From Anaeromyxobacter sp. (GTDB lineage: Bacteria; Myxococcota; Myxococcia; Myxococcales; Anaeromyxobacteraceae), in contig JASGJN010000020.1 in the NCBI GenBank assembly GCA_049840735.1, forward strand, positions 224,001 through 288,000: DNA of 64,000 nucleotides, written 5' to 3'. The translations under genes and the position numbers were made by a program. This document shows, in pieces, positions 1-11,244 of this stretch. The notes below the pieces were generated by a model. That model saw only the letters and a list, made by a program, of their open reading frames with translations, was not told the origin of the DNA and did no database searches. Position 1 is the stretch's first letter; every line of letters starts with the position of its first letter.

Positions 1-226
1 CGTCGGCCCGCTGGGCGCCATCGCCGCCCCCAGCGGCGCCTCCATGAAGGAGATCGTCCGCCAGGCCCAGGCAGAGCTGGAGAAGGAGCTCATCACCCGG
101 GCGCTGGAGGAGACCGGCGGCAACGTCACCCGCGCCGCCAAGCGGCTGCAGATCAGCCGCAAGTCGCTCCAGGTGAAGATGAAGGAGCTGGGGCTGCGCG
201 GGGCGATCGAGGACGAGCCGAACTAG
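1..226 (+). CDS. sigma-54-dependent (NtrC-family) transcriptional activator, C-terminal Fis-type HTH (partial, 5' end outside window)
   Basis: Translation ...[41 protein letters not shown] matches the HTH_8 tail of enhancer-binding proteins; TAG at 224-226. Confidence 0.8.
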   Translation, partial: VGPLGAIAAPSGASMKEIVRQAQAELEKELITRALEETGGNVTRAAKRLQISRKSLQVKMKELGLRGAIEDEPN

Positions 227-395
227 GGCGGCCGGCGGCCGTTCCTTGGAGGGAACCCCGATCCACTATCGCCGGCGATAGCTCGAGTGGGGCGCGCGCA
301 GGTCGGGGTTGACCAACCGTGATCGAGGCAGGTCGTAGCCCGGTCCGTTTCGAGCGGCGCCCTCCCATGACGCACGTCACGGTCGACCGGCCGCT
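227..395 (+). ncRNA. candidate structured RNA or MITE-like element between convergent genes
   Basis: Nested helices 228-242/379-394, 248-253/360-365 and 254-263/301-310; perfect 16-bp palindrome at 266-281; family not recognised. Confidence 0.3.
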
Positions 396-411
396 CGCAC
401 CCCCGAGCCCA

Positions 412-1272
412 TCACTCCCCCCGCTTCACCTTCTCCAGCAGGTCATACACGTCCGACCGCTTGAGCCCGCGCGCCTTCGCGACGTCGCGCGCCAGCGCCG
501 AGGGCGCTTCGCCGGCGGCCAGGCGGCGGCGCAGCTCGTCCTCCAGCGGCTCGGCGGGCGCGGCGCCCGAGGCCGCCGCCGGCGCCTCCTCCCCGGGCGC
601 GGGCGGGCCGACCACCAGCGTGATCTCGCCCTTCACCTCGTGCCCCTCGAGCCGCGCGGCCAGCTCGGAGAGCCGCCCGCGCAGCAGCTCCTCGTGCAGC
701 TTGGTCAGCTCGCGCGCCACCAGCGCGGTCCGGTCGCCCAGCGCCTCGGCCAGGTCGCGCAGCGTCTCGGCGGTGCGGTTGCCGGCCTCGTAGAGCACCG
801 CGGTGGTGCCGGCCCGGGCCAGCCAGGCCAGCGCCTCGGCGCGGCCGCCGCCCTTGCGCGGCAGGAAGCCGGCGAAGACGAAGCGGTCGGCGGCGAAGCC
901 GGAGGCGGCCAGCGCGGTCACGGCGGCGCTGGGGCCGGAGATGGAGACCACGGTGGCGCCGATCTCCCAGGCGCCCGCCACCAGCGCGGCCCCGGGGTCG
1001 GAGACGCCGGGGGTGCCGGCGTCGGTGCAGAGCGCCACGGCCTGGCCCTCGCGCAGCCGGTCCAGCACCCCCTCCACCCGGCCCCGCTCGTCGAAGGCCG
1101 GCAGCGAGAGCAGCGCCGGCGCGGGCACGGCCAGGTGGGCGTAGAGCCGGAGCGTGCGGCGGGTGTCCTCCGCCGCCACCGCGGCCACGGTGCGCAGCAC
1201 CTCGGCGGCCCGCGGCGAGAGGTCGCCCAGGTTGCCGATGGGCGTGGCCACCACGTAGAGCGTGCCGCTCAC
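412..1272 (-). CDS. rsmI: 16S rRNA (cytidine1402-2'-O)-methyltransferase
   Basis: GTLYVVATPIGNLGDLSPRA, AEDTR, DAGTPGVSDPG and ARELTKLHEE motifs. Confidence 0.95.
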   Translation of the reverse strand: MSGTLYVVATPIGNLGDLSPRAAEVLRTVAAVAAEDTRRTLRLYAHLAVPAPALLSLPAFDERGRVEGVLDRLREGQAVALCTDAGTPGVSDPGAALVAGAWEIGATVVSISGPSAAVTALAASGFAADRFVFAGFLPRKGGGRAEALAWLARAGTTAVLYEAGNRTAETLRDLAEALGDRTALVARELTKLHEELLRGRLSELAARLEGHEVKGEITLVVGPPAPGEEAPAAASGAAPAEPLEDELRRRLAAGEAPSALARDVAKARGLKRSDVYDLLEKVKRGE

Positions 1273-1691
1273 CAGATGCTCCGCTGGCCGTCGGCGGTGA
1301 ACGCCGCGGGGAAGTGCTCCAGGGCCGGCTCGCCCTCGCCGAAGGTGATGGCCACCACGTCGAAGCGGATGGGCCGGTCCAGGCCGCCGTTGCGGAGCGC
1401 CCAGTCGGTGGCGGCGGAGACCACCCGGCGGGCCTTCCGGACCCCCACCGTCTCCTCCGGCCCGCCCCGGTCGGTCGAGCTGCGGCTGCGCACCTCCACG
1501 AACACCAGCTCCTCCCGCTCCTGGCAGACCAGGTCCACCTCGCCTCCGCGGCTCCGGTGGTTGCGCGCCAGCACCGTGAGCCCGCGCGCCTCCAGGAACC
1601 CCGACGCCAGCCGCTCGGCCTCGCGCCCGCGCTCGCCGCGCCGGTCCGGCCGCTCCGGCCTCCCCTGGCCCCCCGGGTCCTTCGCGCCCAT
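1269..1691 (-). CDS. yraN: YraN family (UPF0102) nuclease-like protein
   Basis: GREAE..A..FL, RNHRSRGGEVDLV, LVFVEVRSR and RFDVVAI motifs; ATG at 1689-1691; stop overlaps rsmI start. Confidence 0.9.
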   Translation of the reverse strand: MGAKDPGGQGRPERPDRRGERGREAERLASGFLEARGLTVLARNHRSRGGEVDLVCQEREELVFVEVRSRSSTDRGGPEETVGVRKARRVVSAATDWALRNGGLDRPIRFDVVAITFGEGEPALEHFPAAFTADGQRSIW

Positions 1692-1699
1692 GGCCGGCC

Positions 1700-3567
1700 T
1701 CAGGCGCTGTGGTCCGCCGCCTCGCGGAAGGCGGCGTCGCTGGTGCCGTGGACCACCTGGCCGTTGCGCGCCAGCTGCTTGATGATCCGGGCGGCGAAGC
1801 GGCGGGACCCGTCGGAGAGGCCGCCGAAGGCGTCCTCGATCAGCGCCACGCGGCGCGCCCCCTGCAGCGCGTGCTCCATGAAGGCCAGCTTGAGCGCCAC
1901 GTAGACCAGGTCGCGGTCGGCCGGCGGCAGGGTCATGGCCGGGGTGGTCCGTCCCCCCTGGACGGCGTGGATGCCGCCGCGGTCGTCCACCTGGATGGCG
2001 TTGAAGCGCTGGAAGGAGAGGCCGGCGATGGCCTGGGAGGCCTTCTGCGCCACGGTCCGGGCGGCGCCGGAGGGGCTGCCGCCCAGCGCCGCCGCTGCCT
2101 TGTCCAGGAGCCCGCGCAGCGGCTCCACCGCCGGGCCGGCCGGGCGGGCCGGCGCAGGGGCGGAGGCGGGCGCGGCCGGGGCCGGCGGCGCGGCCGCCTC
2201 GGACTCCAGCCGCTGGATCTCCGCCTCGATGGACCGCACGTCGCGCACGAAGCCGCCGGCCTCGCCAGCCAGCTTGGCCTCGATGGCCTTCACCTGCGCG
2301 TCCAGCTCGGCGCGCTGCGCGCGGGCCCCGGCCGCCTCCGGGTTGGCCTCCCACTCCCCCACCCGGCGGCGCCAGTCGGCCACCACCTGGTCGGCGTCCT
2401 CCACCCGGCCCAGCGCCTCCAGCAGGTCGGCCGGCTTGGTGACGTTGCAGGCCTGCATCGCCCGCTTCACCTCGCCCGAGTCCCGCTCGTACTGCGCGTC
2501 GATCTTGGCCTGCCAGTCGTCGATGACGCGGCGCTTGCGGCCGGTCCGCTCCCAGCGCTCCAGCGCCCCTACCCAGCGCAGCGCGGCCAGCGCGCCCCAG
2601 CCCAGCCCGAAGACGTCCAGCAGCATGACATAGCGCAGCGCCGAGTCCATGGCGGCGCCGATCACGCCCACCGTCACCAGCGCCGCGGCCGCGCCCACGC
2701 CCACCCAGAGCTGCGGCTCGTTCCACAGCGGCCCGGGCGCGCCGGCCGCCTCGATCTCGTCCAGCGCCTCGCGCTCGGCGGTCACGCGGGCCAGCGCCTC
2801 CTCCCTCCGGCCGGTGGCCCGCTGGAAGGCGGCCAGGCGCGCCGCCGGGTCGCCCAGGGTCGCAGCGGCCTGCGCCAGCGGCTCCAGCTCCCCGCGCGCC
2901 TCCTCGGCGCGGCGCAGCCCGTCCTTGAGCTCGGTGCCGACCCGCAGCACCTCGTCCAGCTTGAAGGTGCGGGACTGCAGCTCGTCCAGGTCGGCCTGGA
3001 GCTTCTCGGCCACGCGCGCCCTGCGCAGCTCGTCCTGCAGCTGCGCCAGCCGCTTCTTGAGCTGCTCCGGCGAGAGCGCGGTGCGCGGCGGGGGCGCCAG
3101 CGCGGCCGCGGCCCCGGCGCCGCCCAGGCCGCCGCCCCCTGCCCTGGAGGGCAGGTCGGCGGCGGAGAGGGTCAGCAGCGCGCCCATGCGGTCCAGCGGC
3201 GGCACGCCCGGCGCCTGGCGCAGGAAGGCGGCGATCTCCTTCAGGTCCTGCGAGACCAGGGCGAAGGCGCGCTTCTCTGCGTCGAAGCGGTGGAGCTGGG
3301 CCCCGGCCGCGAAGTCCCGCACCAGCCGGTAGGTGACCTTGTCGTCGCCGACCAGGGTGAGCCCGGCGCGCGGCGCCCCCCCGCCCGGCGCCTGCGGGCG
3401 CGGCAGCGACTCGGCGTCGTGGGGATCGGGACAGAGCAGCGCCTCGAGCAGCCGGCGCAGCACGGCCCCTTCGGCCGCGACCACGTTGTAGCCCGGACGC
3501 AGCACCACCCGCCCGCTGGGGGGGAGACGCCTCGGATGCCCTGGGCTGCGAACTCGAGGAGGATCAC
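1700..3567 (-). CDS. SMC/Rad50/YhaN-like coiled-coil protein with two predicted TM helices and degenerate ATPase motifs (1-nt frameshift near 3520)
   Basis: N-term VILLEFAAQGIRGVSP/SGRVVLRPGYNVV, long coiled coils, hydrophobic hairpin mid-protein, C-term LPPADRDLVYVALKLA..ALIEDAF; frame break in the G-run at 3518-3524. Confidence 0.65.
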
Positions 3568-3713
3568 GCTCGACCCGGATCTTACGCCGGGTGCACGGGC
3601 CCCGGGAAGAGCGAAGCGTGGACGTGCAGACGCACACACGCCGCGACCACCCGCTGGGCGGGTGGCGCGGCGCGCGGTGGGACGGGCCCGGCGCGAGGCC
3701 GGGCGCCAGGCGG

Positions 3714-4094
3714 CTAGGCCTGGGCGGGCGCCTCGGCGACCCCGCCCTCCGCCTGGTGGAGGCGGGCGGCCTTGCCCTGCAGATCGCGCAGGTAGTACAG
3801 GCGCGAGCGGCGGACCTCGCCGTGGCCCAGCACCTCGATCTTGTCGATGCGCGGGCTGTGGACGGGGAACATGCGCTCCACGCCGACGCCGTAGCTCACC
3901 TTGCGGACCGTGAACATGGAGGAGCCCGGCTGGCCCTTCCGGTACGCGATGACCACGCCCTCGAAGATCTGGATGCGCTCCTTGTCGCCCTCCTTGATCT
4001 TCGTGTGGACGCGGACGGAGTCACCCGCCCGGATCTCGGGGATGTCCTTGCGGACGTACTTGGCCTGGATGTCGGCGATCGCCTTGCGCAGCAT
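3714..4094 (-). CDS. rplS: 50S ribosomal protein L19
   Basis: [45 protein letters not shown]. Confidence 0.97.
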   Translation of the reverse strand: MLRKAIADIQAKYVRKDIPEIRAGDSVRVHTKIKEGDKERIQIFEGVVIAYRKGQPGSSMFTVRKVSYGVGVERMFPVHSPRIDKIEVLGHGEVRRSRLYYLRDLQGKAARLHQAEGGVAEAPAQA

Positions 4095-4108
4095 GACGTA
4101 CCTCTCCT

Positions 4109-4858
4109 TTACAGCTCGTCGTCTCCGGCGTCGATGAGCCGGAGGTCGGTCTCCGTGAGGTGGAGCCTCGCGAAGAGGTCCGGCCTCCGCTCGCGGGTGG
4201 CGCGCAGCGACTCGCGGCGGCGCCACCGCCCGATGCGCCGGTGGTCCCCGGACAGCAGGACCTCCGGAACCTTCTCCCCCCGGAACTCCGGGGGCCTCGT
4301 GTAGTGCGGGTGCTCGAGGAGCTGCTCCTCCCCTTCACCCGCGAAGCTCTCCGCGACGGCGGACGCGTCATTCCCGAGCACGCCCGGGACGAGCCGCGCG
4401 GCGGCGTCGACGACGCAGAGCGCCGCCAGCTCACCGCCGGTGAGGACGAAGTCGCCGATGGACACTTCCATGTCGATCGCGTTCATCACCCGCTCGTCCA
4501 CGCCCTCGTAGCGGCCGCACACCAGGATCAGCCGTCCGTGTCCTGCGAGCCGCCGGGCCACCGCCTGCGTCAGGCGCTGTCCGCGCGGGCTGGTCAGCAC
4601 CACCAGCGCCCCGGGGAGCCTCTCACGGGCGGCCTCGATGGCCCCGGTGAGCGGCTCCGGCTTCATCACCATCCCGGCGCCCCCTCCGTAGGGAGCGTCG
4701 TCGGCGACCCGGTGCTTTCCGGCGGCGTGATCGCGGATGTCGGTCACCCGCGCCTCGAGCAGACCGGCCTCCTGCGCCCTCCCCAGGATGCTCTCCCCCA
4801 GGTACCCCGTGCACATGCGCGGGAACAGCGTCAGGATGTCGACCTCGAGCCTCGCCAC
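4109..4858 (-). CDS. trmD: tRNA (guanine37-N1)-methyltransferase
   Basis: [46 protein letters not shown] start after an AGGAG-like SD. Confidence 0.96.
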   Translation of the reverse strand: MARLEVDILTLFPRMCTGYLGESILGRAQEAGLLEARVTDIRDHAAGKHRVADDAPYGGGAGMVMKPEPLTGAIEAARERLPGALVVLTSPRGQRLTQAVARRLAGHGRLILVCGRYEGVDERVMNAIDMEVSIGDFVLTGGELAALCVVDAAARLVPGVLGNDASAVAESFAGEGEEQLLEHPHYTRPPEFRGEKVPEVLLSGDHRRIGRWRRRESLRATRERRPDLFARLHLTETDLRLIDAGDDEL

Positions 4859-4893
4859 GTCCGTCCTCTCCTGCGGCCTCCTTCCGTCGCCTT

Positions 4894-5421
4894 TCAACGG
4901 CCGCGGTCCGCGGCCTCCTCGTCTTCCAGCAGGCCCTCGGGCGGATCCACCACGATCCGGCCGCCGGCCCTGTCCACCTCGACGTACGGCGCCAGCGGCA
5001 CCAGCCGCTCGCCCCGCTCGCCGGTCACGACGAGCACGTCCACCGCGCCCGTCTCCAGCAACCCGGTCACCTTGCCGACCGGCTCACCCGAGACCGTCAC
5101 CACCGGCAGGCCCTCCAGATCCGCCCACCAGTGCCGGTCCTCGCCGGCCTCACCCAGCGCCTCGCGGGGCGCCAGGACCTCGACCCCCACCAGCCGCTCC
5201 GCCGCGGTCCGATCCGCGACGCCCTCGACCAGCACCGCCCAGAGGCGCCCCTGCGGCCGCGCCTCCAGCACCTCGCGCAGCGGCGGCTCACCGCCGCCGG
5301 GCTCGCCGCGGGAGAGCGCGATCCGCTCCAGCCCCGCCAGCGCGCCCTCCGTGCCGGCCACGCCCAGGTGGCCCTTGAGCCCGATGGCCCGGACCACCTT
5401 GCCGATCACGACCAGCGCCAC
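4894..5421 (-). CDS. rimM: ribosome maturation factor RimM
   Basis: [31 protein letters not shown]; sits between khpA and trmD. Confidence 0.92.
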   Translation of the reverse strand: MALVVIGKVVRAIGLKGHLGVAGTEGALAGLERIALSRGEPGGGEPPLREVLEARPQGRLWAVLVEGVADRTAAERLVGVEVLAPREALGEAGEDRHWWADLEGLPVVTVSGEPVGKVTGLLETGAVDVLVVTGERGERLVPLAPYVEVDRAGGRIVVDPPEGLLEDEEAADRGR

Positions 5422-5422
5422 G

Positions 5423-5653
5423 TCAGTCCAGGATGTCGAGGACCGCCCGCTTGCCCTCGCGGCGGGCCGCGAAGTCGAGGACGGTCCGGAACGCCTTGGC
5501 GGTCTTCCCGCCGCGGCCGATGACGCGGCCCAGGTCGTCCGGCGCCACCGAGAGCTCGAGCACCGTCGAGCGTTCCCGCTCGATGGTCTCGACCTTCACG
5601 GCGTCCCGCTGCTCGACGAGCTCGCGGGCCAGCCAGAGGACCAGGTCGCGCAC
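5423..5653 (-). CDS. khpA: KH-domain RNA-binding protein
   Basis: DLGRVIGRGGKTAKAFRT GxxG KH motif; sits between rpsP and rimM. Confidence 0.9.
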   Translation of the reverse strand: MRDLVLWLARELVEQRDAVKVETIERERSTVLELSVAPDDLGRVIGRGGKTAKAFRTVLDFAARREGKRAVLDILD

Positions 5654-5657
5654 GGAC

Positions 5658-5924
5658 CTAGGCCTTCTCGGCGACCGGCTTGGCGGCCTTGGCGGCGCGC
5701 TTCAGCAGCATGGCCACCGTCTGGCTGGGGCGAGCGCCGACCTTGATCCAGTGCTCGATGCGCTCGGCCTTGAGCTCGATCCGCTCCGGGCGCTGCGTGG
5801 GATTGTAGATGCCCACGTCCTCGATGTACTTGCCGTCCCGCGCGTTGCGCGAGTCGGTCGCCACCACGTGGTAGAAGGGCGCCTTGTGCGTGCCCGCGCG
5901 GGAGAGCCGAAGAACGACCGCCAT
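5658..5924 (-). CDS. rpsP: 30S ribosomal protein S16
   Basis: MAVVLRLSRAG..KAPFYHVVATDSRNARDGKYIE. Confidence 0.97.
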   Translation of the reverse strand: MAVVLRLSRAGTHKAPFYHVVATDSRNARDGKYIEDVGIYNPTQRPERIELKAERIEHWIKVGARPSQTVAMLLKRAAKAAKPVAEKA

Positions 5925-6010
5925 GTGTACCGCCTCCTGAGATGCTGACTGCTGCATCGTGGGAGGAGCCGCGGGACGGGCCCGGGGGCTGCTCGCACGA
6001 AAAGTGGGTT

Positions 6011-6039
6011 CCCTTACGCCAACTTAGCCGATCTGTCAA
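6011..6039 (-). promoter_or_regulatory. sigma70-type promoter for the rpsP operon
   Basis: TTGACA-17 nt-TAAGGG on the minus strand, ~90 nt upstream of rpsP. Confidence 0.55.
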
Positions 6040-6098
6040 GGCAGCACGGGCCGCGCGCGGCTTTCCGCGGGCGGCCCGTGCAGGGGCGCTGCGGCCCC

Positions 6099-6548
6099 TT
6101 ACCCCTCGGCGGCCTTCTTGGCGGGCTTCTCGGCCTTGGCCTTCTTCGGGGCCTTGGCCTTCTTCTCGTCGCCCTCGGCCGCGGCCGGCGCCGCCTTGTC
6201 GACCAGTTCGATCACCGACATCTCGGCGTTGTCGCCGGCGCGGGGCCCGACCCGGATGATGCGGGTGTAGCCGCCCGGCCGCGACTTGAAGCGCTCGGCC
6301 AGCTCTCCGAAGAGCTTGTTGAGCACCTCGACGTCGCGGACCTGGACGTGCGCCTGGCGGCGCGCGTGCGCGGTCCCGCGCTTGGCGAGGGTGATGACCT
6401 TGTCGGCGAAGCGCTTCAGCTCCTTCGCCTTGGGCGTGGTGGTGACGATCTTCTCGTGGCGGAAGAGGCTGGTCACCATGTTCTTGAACATGGCCGTGCG
6501 GTGCTCGGTGGTGCGATCGAGCCGGCGGCCGACGACGCGGTGCTTCAT
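6099..6548 (-). CDS. rplQ: 50S ribosomal protein L17
   Basis: MKHR...[33 protein letters not shown]. Confidence 0.97.
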   Translation of the reverse strand: MKHRVVGRRLDRTTEHRTAMFKNMVTSLFRHEKIVTTTPKAKELKRFADKVITLAKRGTAHARRQAHVQVRDVEVLNKLFGELAERFKSRPGGYTRIIRVGPRAGDNAEMSVIELVDKAAPAAAEGDEKKAKAPKKAKAEKPAKKAAEG

Positions 6549-6581
6549 CTCGTGATTCCCGTCCCGTTGCCGGGCGCTTGC

Positions 6582-7601
<1,020 letters not shown>

Positions 7602-7796
7602 GGGCTGTCTCCTTGACCGCCGTCCCCTCCCCCGGTCCGCTCAGCCTGGCGGCAGGAGATCCGTGGGACGCGCGACCGCTCGTGAAAGACGGGCCGGCCC
7701 TCATGACCGGCCCGTCGAAGGACCCTCGGGCGCGCCCATCCAGGCGCGACCCCCGACCCGGCGGCGCGCCGCGAGGCGCGCGCCAGGGCGGTGAGG

Positions 7797-8423
7797 CTAC
7801 TTGGAGTAGAGCTCGACGATGAGCTGCTCCTGGATCGGCATGGTGATGTCCTCGCGGGCCGGCTGCGTCTTCACCGTGCCCTTGAAGCCACCCTTGTCCA
7901 GCTCGAGCCAGGTCGGGACGCCGCGGCGGTCCACCGCCTCCAGCGCCTCGCTGATCCGGACCACCTTCTTCGAGCGGTCCTTGAGCTCCACCTTGTCGCC
8001 CGGGCGGCAGAGGTAGCTCGGGATGTTCACCTTGCGGCCGTTCACCTTGAAGTGGCCGTGGCGGACCAGCTGCCGGGCCTCGTTCCGGGTGTCGGCGAAG
8101 CCCAGGCGGAAGATGACGTTGTCGAGCCGGAGCTCGAGCGTCTGCAGCAGGTTCTCGCCGGTCTTGCCCTTGGCGGCCGCCGCGTTCTGGTAGGCGTGGC
8201 GGAAGCCCGCCTCGAGCACGCCGTACATCCGCTTCACCTTCTGCTTCTCGCGGAGCTGGACGCCGTACTCGGAGAACTTGGTCCGGCCCTGGCCGTGCTG
8301 GCCCGGGGGATAGGGGCGGCGCTCGATGGCGCACTTGTCGGTGTAGCACCGATCGCCCTTGAGATACATCTTGAGGTTTTCCCGGCGGCAAAGCCGGCAG
8401 ACGCTTTCGCTGTAACGGGCCAC
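7797..8423 (-). CDS. rpsD: 30S ribosomal protein S4 (zinc-ribbon Cys form)
   Basis: MARY...[31 protein letters not shown]. Confidence 0.98.
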   Translation of the reverse strand: MARYSESVCRLCRRENLKMYLKGDRCYTDKCAIERRPYPPGQHGQGRTKFSEYGVQLREKQKVKRMYGVLEAGFRHAYQNAAAAKGKTGENLLQTLELRLDNVIFRLGFADTRNEARQLVRHGHFKVNGRKVNIPSYLCRPGDKVELKDRSKKVVRISEALEAVDRRGVPTWLELDKGGFKGTVKTQPAREDITMPIQEQLIVELYSK

Positions 8424-8445
8424 GTCGTGTTCTCCTGGGAGGTGA

Positions 8446-8937
8446 TCAGACCCGGCGACGCTTGGGAGGCCGGCACCCGTTGTGCGGGATCGGCGTCACG
8501 TCGCGGATCAGGGTGATCTTGAGGCCGGCGGCAGAGAGGGCGCGGAGCGCCGACTCGCGGCCGGCGCCGGGGCCGGACACGACCACGGAGACGGTCTTGA
8601 GGCCGTGCTCCATCGCCTTGGCAGCCGCGTCGCCCGCAGCCACCTGGGCGGCGAACGGCGTCGACTTGCGCGAGCCCTTGAAGCCGCGGGCACCCGCGCT
8701 CGACCACGCGATCACGTTGCCGGTCGGGTCGGTGATCGTGATCTGCGTGTTGTTGAAGGTCGAGGCGATGTGGACGATGCCGGCGGAGATGTTCTTCTTC
8801 ACCCGCTTCTTCCCCTTCTTCGGGGTCACGGGGGAAGCCGTCACCGGCTCGATGCCGCCGAGGTTCGGCGCCGCGGGCGCGGTCGCCTCCTCCTTCTTCG
8901 GCTGCTCAGCTGCCTTCGTCTGCTTCTCGTCGGCCAC
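8446..8937 (-). CDS. rpsK: 30S ribosomal protein S11 (with N-terminal extension)
   Basis: [41 protein letters not shown]. Confidence 0.97.
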   Translation of the reverse strand: MADEKQTKAAEQPKKEEATAPAAPNLGGIEPVTASPVTPKKGKKRVKKNISAGIVHIASTFNNTQITITDPTGNVIAWSSAGARGFKGSRKSTPFAAQVAAGDAAAKAMEHGLKTVSVVVSGPGAGRESALRALSAAGLKITLIRDVTPIPHNGCRPPKRRRV

Positions 8938-8969
8938 TTAGGACTCTCCGGTTCTCTGGAATGGTTCGG

Positions 8970-9359
8970 TTACTTGGGCGCGGGGGCCGCGGTCGGCGCC
9001 TTGCGGACCAGCCCCTTCTTCGGACCCTTCCGCGTGCGCGCGTTGGTGTGCGTGCGCTGACCGCGGACCGGGAGGCCCTTGCGGTGGCGGAGGCCGCGGT
9101 AGCAGCCCAGGTCCATCAGCCGCTTGATGTTGAGCGAGATCTCACGGCGGAGGTCACCCTCCACCTTGACGTTCTGCTCGATGGTCTCGCGGATGCGGCG
9201 GACCTCGTCGTCGGTCAGATCCTTGGTGCGGGTGACCGGGTTCACGTTCGCGCGCTCGAGGATGAGCCCCGCGGTGGTCTTCCCGATACCGTAGATGTAC
9301 TGCAGGCTGACCTCGATCCGCTTTTCGCGGGGCAGGTCGACGCCGGCGATGCGAGCCAT
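8970..9359 (-). CDS. rpsM: 30S ribosomal protein S13
   Basis: [36 protein letters not shown]. Confidence 0.98.
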   Translation of the reverse strand: MARIAGVDLPREKRIEVSLQYIYGIGKTTAGLILERANVNPVTRTKDLTDDEVRRIRETIEQNVKVEGDLRREISLNIKRLMDLGCYRGLRHRKGLPVRGQRTHTNARTRKGPKKGLVRKAPTAAPAPK

Positions 9360-9383
9360 TCGTCTCTCCGATTCGCGCGGGCG

Positions 9384-9500
9384 TTAGCCCTGACGCTGCT
9401 TGTGACGGGGGTTGGCCGGGCAGATGATCCGCACGGTGCCCTTGCGCTTGACGACCTTGCACTTGTCGCAAATCTTCTTGACCGACGCGCGGACCTTCAT
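9384..9500 (-). CDS. rpmJ: 50S ribosomal protein L36 (not in ORF track, 38 aa)
   Basis: Manual translation [38 protein letters not shown]. Confidence 0.97.
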   Translation of the reverse strand: MKVRASVKKICDKCKVVKRKGTVRIICPANPRHKQRQG

Positions 9501-9661
9501 GTGCGAGGCCTCCATGCCTCTGTACGTAAGACAAAAACGCCCGCCGCTACGGCCGGCGGGTGCGGCGGCCGGGGGCTCTCCGCGCCCCCTCGTCTAGCCG
9601 CCCGTATTCTCCGGGCTTTCCCGGAAGGCCGCCCTGGCTGGAGCGGCGTTGCGGAGCGGGC

Positions 9662-9690
9662 CCTATAACACAGGCCTTTTTTGGCTGCAA
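9662..9690 (-). promoter_or_regulatory. sigma70-type promoter for the rpmJ-rpsM-rpsK-rpsD-rpoA-rplQ operon
   Basis: TTGCAG-17 nt-TATAGG with extended -10 TG on the minus strand. Confidence 0.5.
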
Positions 9691-9738
9691 GCGCCGCCGT
9701 CACGCGCCCGTGACCGGCAGCCCGTCTCCTCGTCCCCC

Positions 9739-10519
9739 TCACCCCGCGTCCATCGACACCCCATCGGGCAAGGTCAGGATTCTCAGGCCCCTTTTCCGTG
9801 ATGGCCACGGTGTGCTCGAAATGCGCGGAGCGGGCGCCGTCGGCGGTGACCGCGGTCCACCCATCGTCGAGCGTCCGCACCTCCGGCCCTCCGGCGTTGA
9901 CCATCGGCTCGATGGCCAGCACCAGGCCAGGCCGGAGCAGCATCCCGGTGCCCGCCTCCCCGTAGTTGGGGACCTGCGGCGGCTCGTGCAGCCGGCGGCC
10001 CACGCCGTGGCCCACGAAGTCCCGCACCACGGAGTAGCCCTGGGCCTCCGCCCACGCCTCCACGGCGTGGCCGATGTCGCCCAGGTGGCCGCCAGGCCGG
10101 GCGGCCGCGATGCCCCGGGCCAGGGCCTGCCGGGTGGCCCGTAGGAGCCGCTCCGAGGCTGCGTCAATTTGCCCCACCGCCACGGTCCGGGCAGAGTCGG
10201 CGTACCAGCCGGCCAGCACCACCCCGTGGTCGATGCCGACCACGTCCCCCTCCTGCAGCACGCGAGGGCCGGGGATGCCGTGGATGACCTCCTCGTTGAC
10301 CGAGATGCAGAGCGAGGCCGGGTAGCCGCGGTAGCCCAGGAAGGCCGGGCGGGCCTTCAAGGCGCGCGTGCGGGCCTCCGCCAGGCGGTCCAGCTCGGCG
10401 GTGGTGACGCCCGGGACGGCGGCGCGGGCCACCTCCTCGAGCACCTGGTGGACCACCTGCCCCGCGTCGCGGATGCGGGCGATCTCGTCGGCCGTGCGCA
10501 GCGTGGGACGCGCCTCCAT
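9739..10519 (-). CDS. map: methionine aminopeptidase type I (+1 frameshift at ~9781 near the 3' end)
   Basis: CISVNEEVIHGIP, GHGVGRRLHEPP, AIEPMVN, SAHFEHTVAIT; the C-terminus ILTLPDG.. resumes in another frame after GAGAATC. Confidence 0.93.
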
Positions 10520-11172
10520 CAGCGCCCCTCCCCCAGCAGCGCGCGGGTGTGCGCCAGCACCTGCTCCGGCGGGCCGGCGTCCGCCCGGACGGCGGTGATG
10601 CGCCCATGGTCGGTGTAGTAGCGCTTCACCGGCTCGGTCTTGCTGGCGTACTCGTGCAGCCGGTGGCGGACGTTCTCGGGGGCGTCGTCGGGGCGCTGCA
10701 CCAGCGCTGCGCCGTCCTGGTCGCAGCTCCCCTCGCGCCGCGGCGGGTTGGCCGCCAGGTTGTAGACCGCGCCGCAGCGCGGGCAGCTGCGCCGGCCGCT
10801 GATGCGGGCCACCACGGTGTCCTCGTCCACCTCGAACGCCAGCACCCGGTCGATGGTCCGGCCCAGCGAGGCCAGCAGCTGGTCCAGGTAGGCCGCCTGC
10901 CCCACCGTGCGCGGGTAGCCGTCGAGGATGAAGCCAGGCTGGACGTCCTCGCGCGAGAGCCGCTCCTTCACCATCAGGTTGGTCAGATCGTCCGAGACCA
11001 GGCCGCCCTGCCCGATGAGCCCCTGCACGTGGTGCCCGAGCGCCGTGCCGCGGGCGATGTGCTCGCGGAACATGTCGCCGGTCGACACGTGGGGCACCGC
11101 GTAGGCCGCCGAGAGCAGCTTGGCCTGCGTGCCCTTGCCGGCCCCGGGGGGCCCGAGGAGGATCAGGATCAT
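10519..11172 (-). CDS. adk: adenylate kinase (zinc-lid type)
   Basis: LLGPPGAGKGTQA, STGDMFR, FILDGYPRT, lid CPRC..CDQD. Confidence 0.96.
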   Translation of the reverse strand: MILILLGPPGAGKGTQAKLLSAAYAVPHVSTGDMFREHIARGTALGHHVQGLIGQGGLVSDDLTNLMVKERLSREDVQPGFILDGYPRTVGQAAYLDQLLASLGRTIDRVLAFEVDEDTVVARISGRRSCPRCGAVYNLAANPPRREGSCDQDGAALVQRPDDAPENVRHRLHEYASKTEPVKRYYTDHGRITAVRADAGPPEQVLAHTRALLGEGR

Positions 11173-11244
11173 CGCGTCCACCAGAAGCGCGAAGGGCCTC
11201 GCCTTCCGGCGAGGCCCACGCGCGTCATGCGTCGACCGCGCCCG

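Noticed and set aside
227..411. RNase P RNA (often near rsmI), SRP RNA or retron msr-msd
   Set aside because: Too short for rnpB and lacks GAGGAAAGUCC; no SRP helix-8 motif; no reverse transcriptase in the window.
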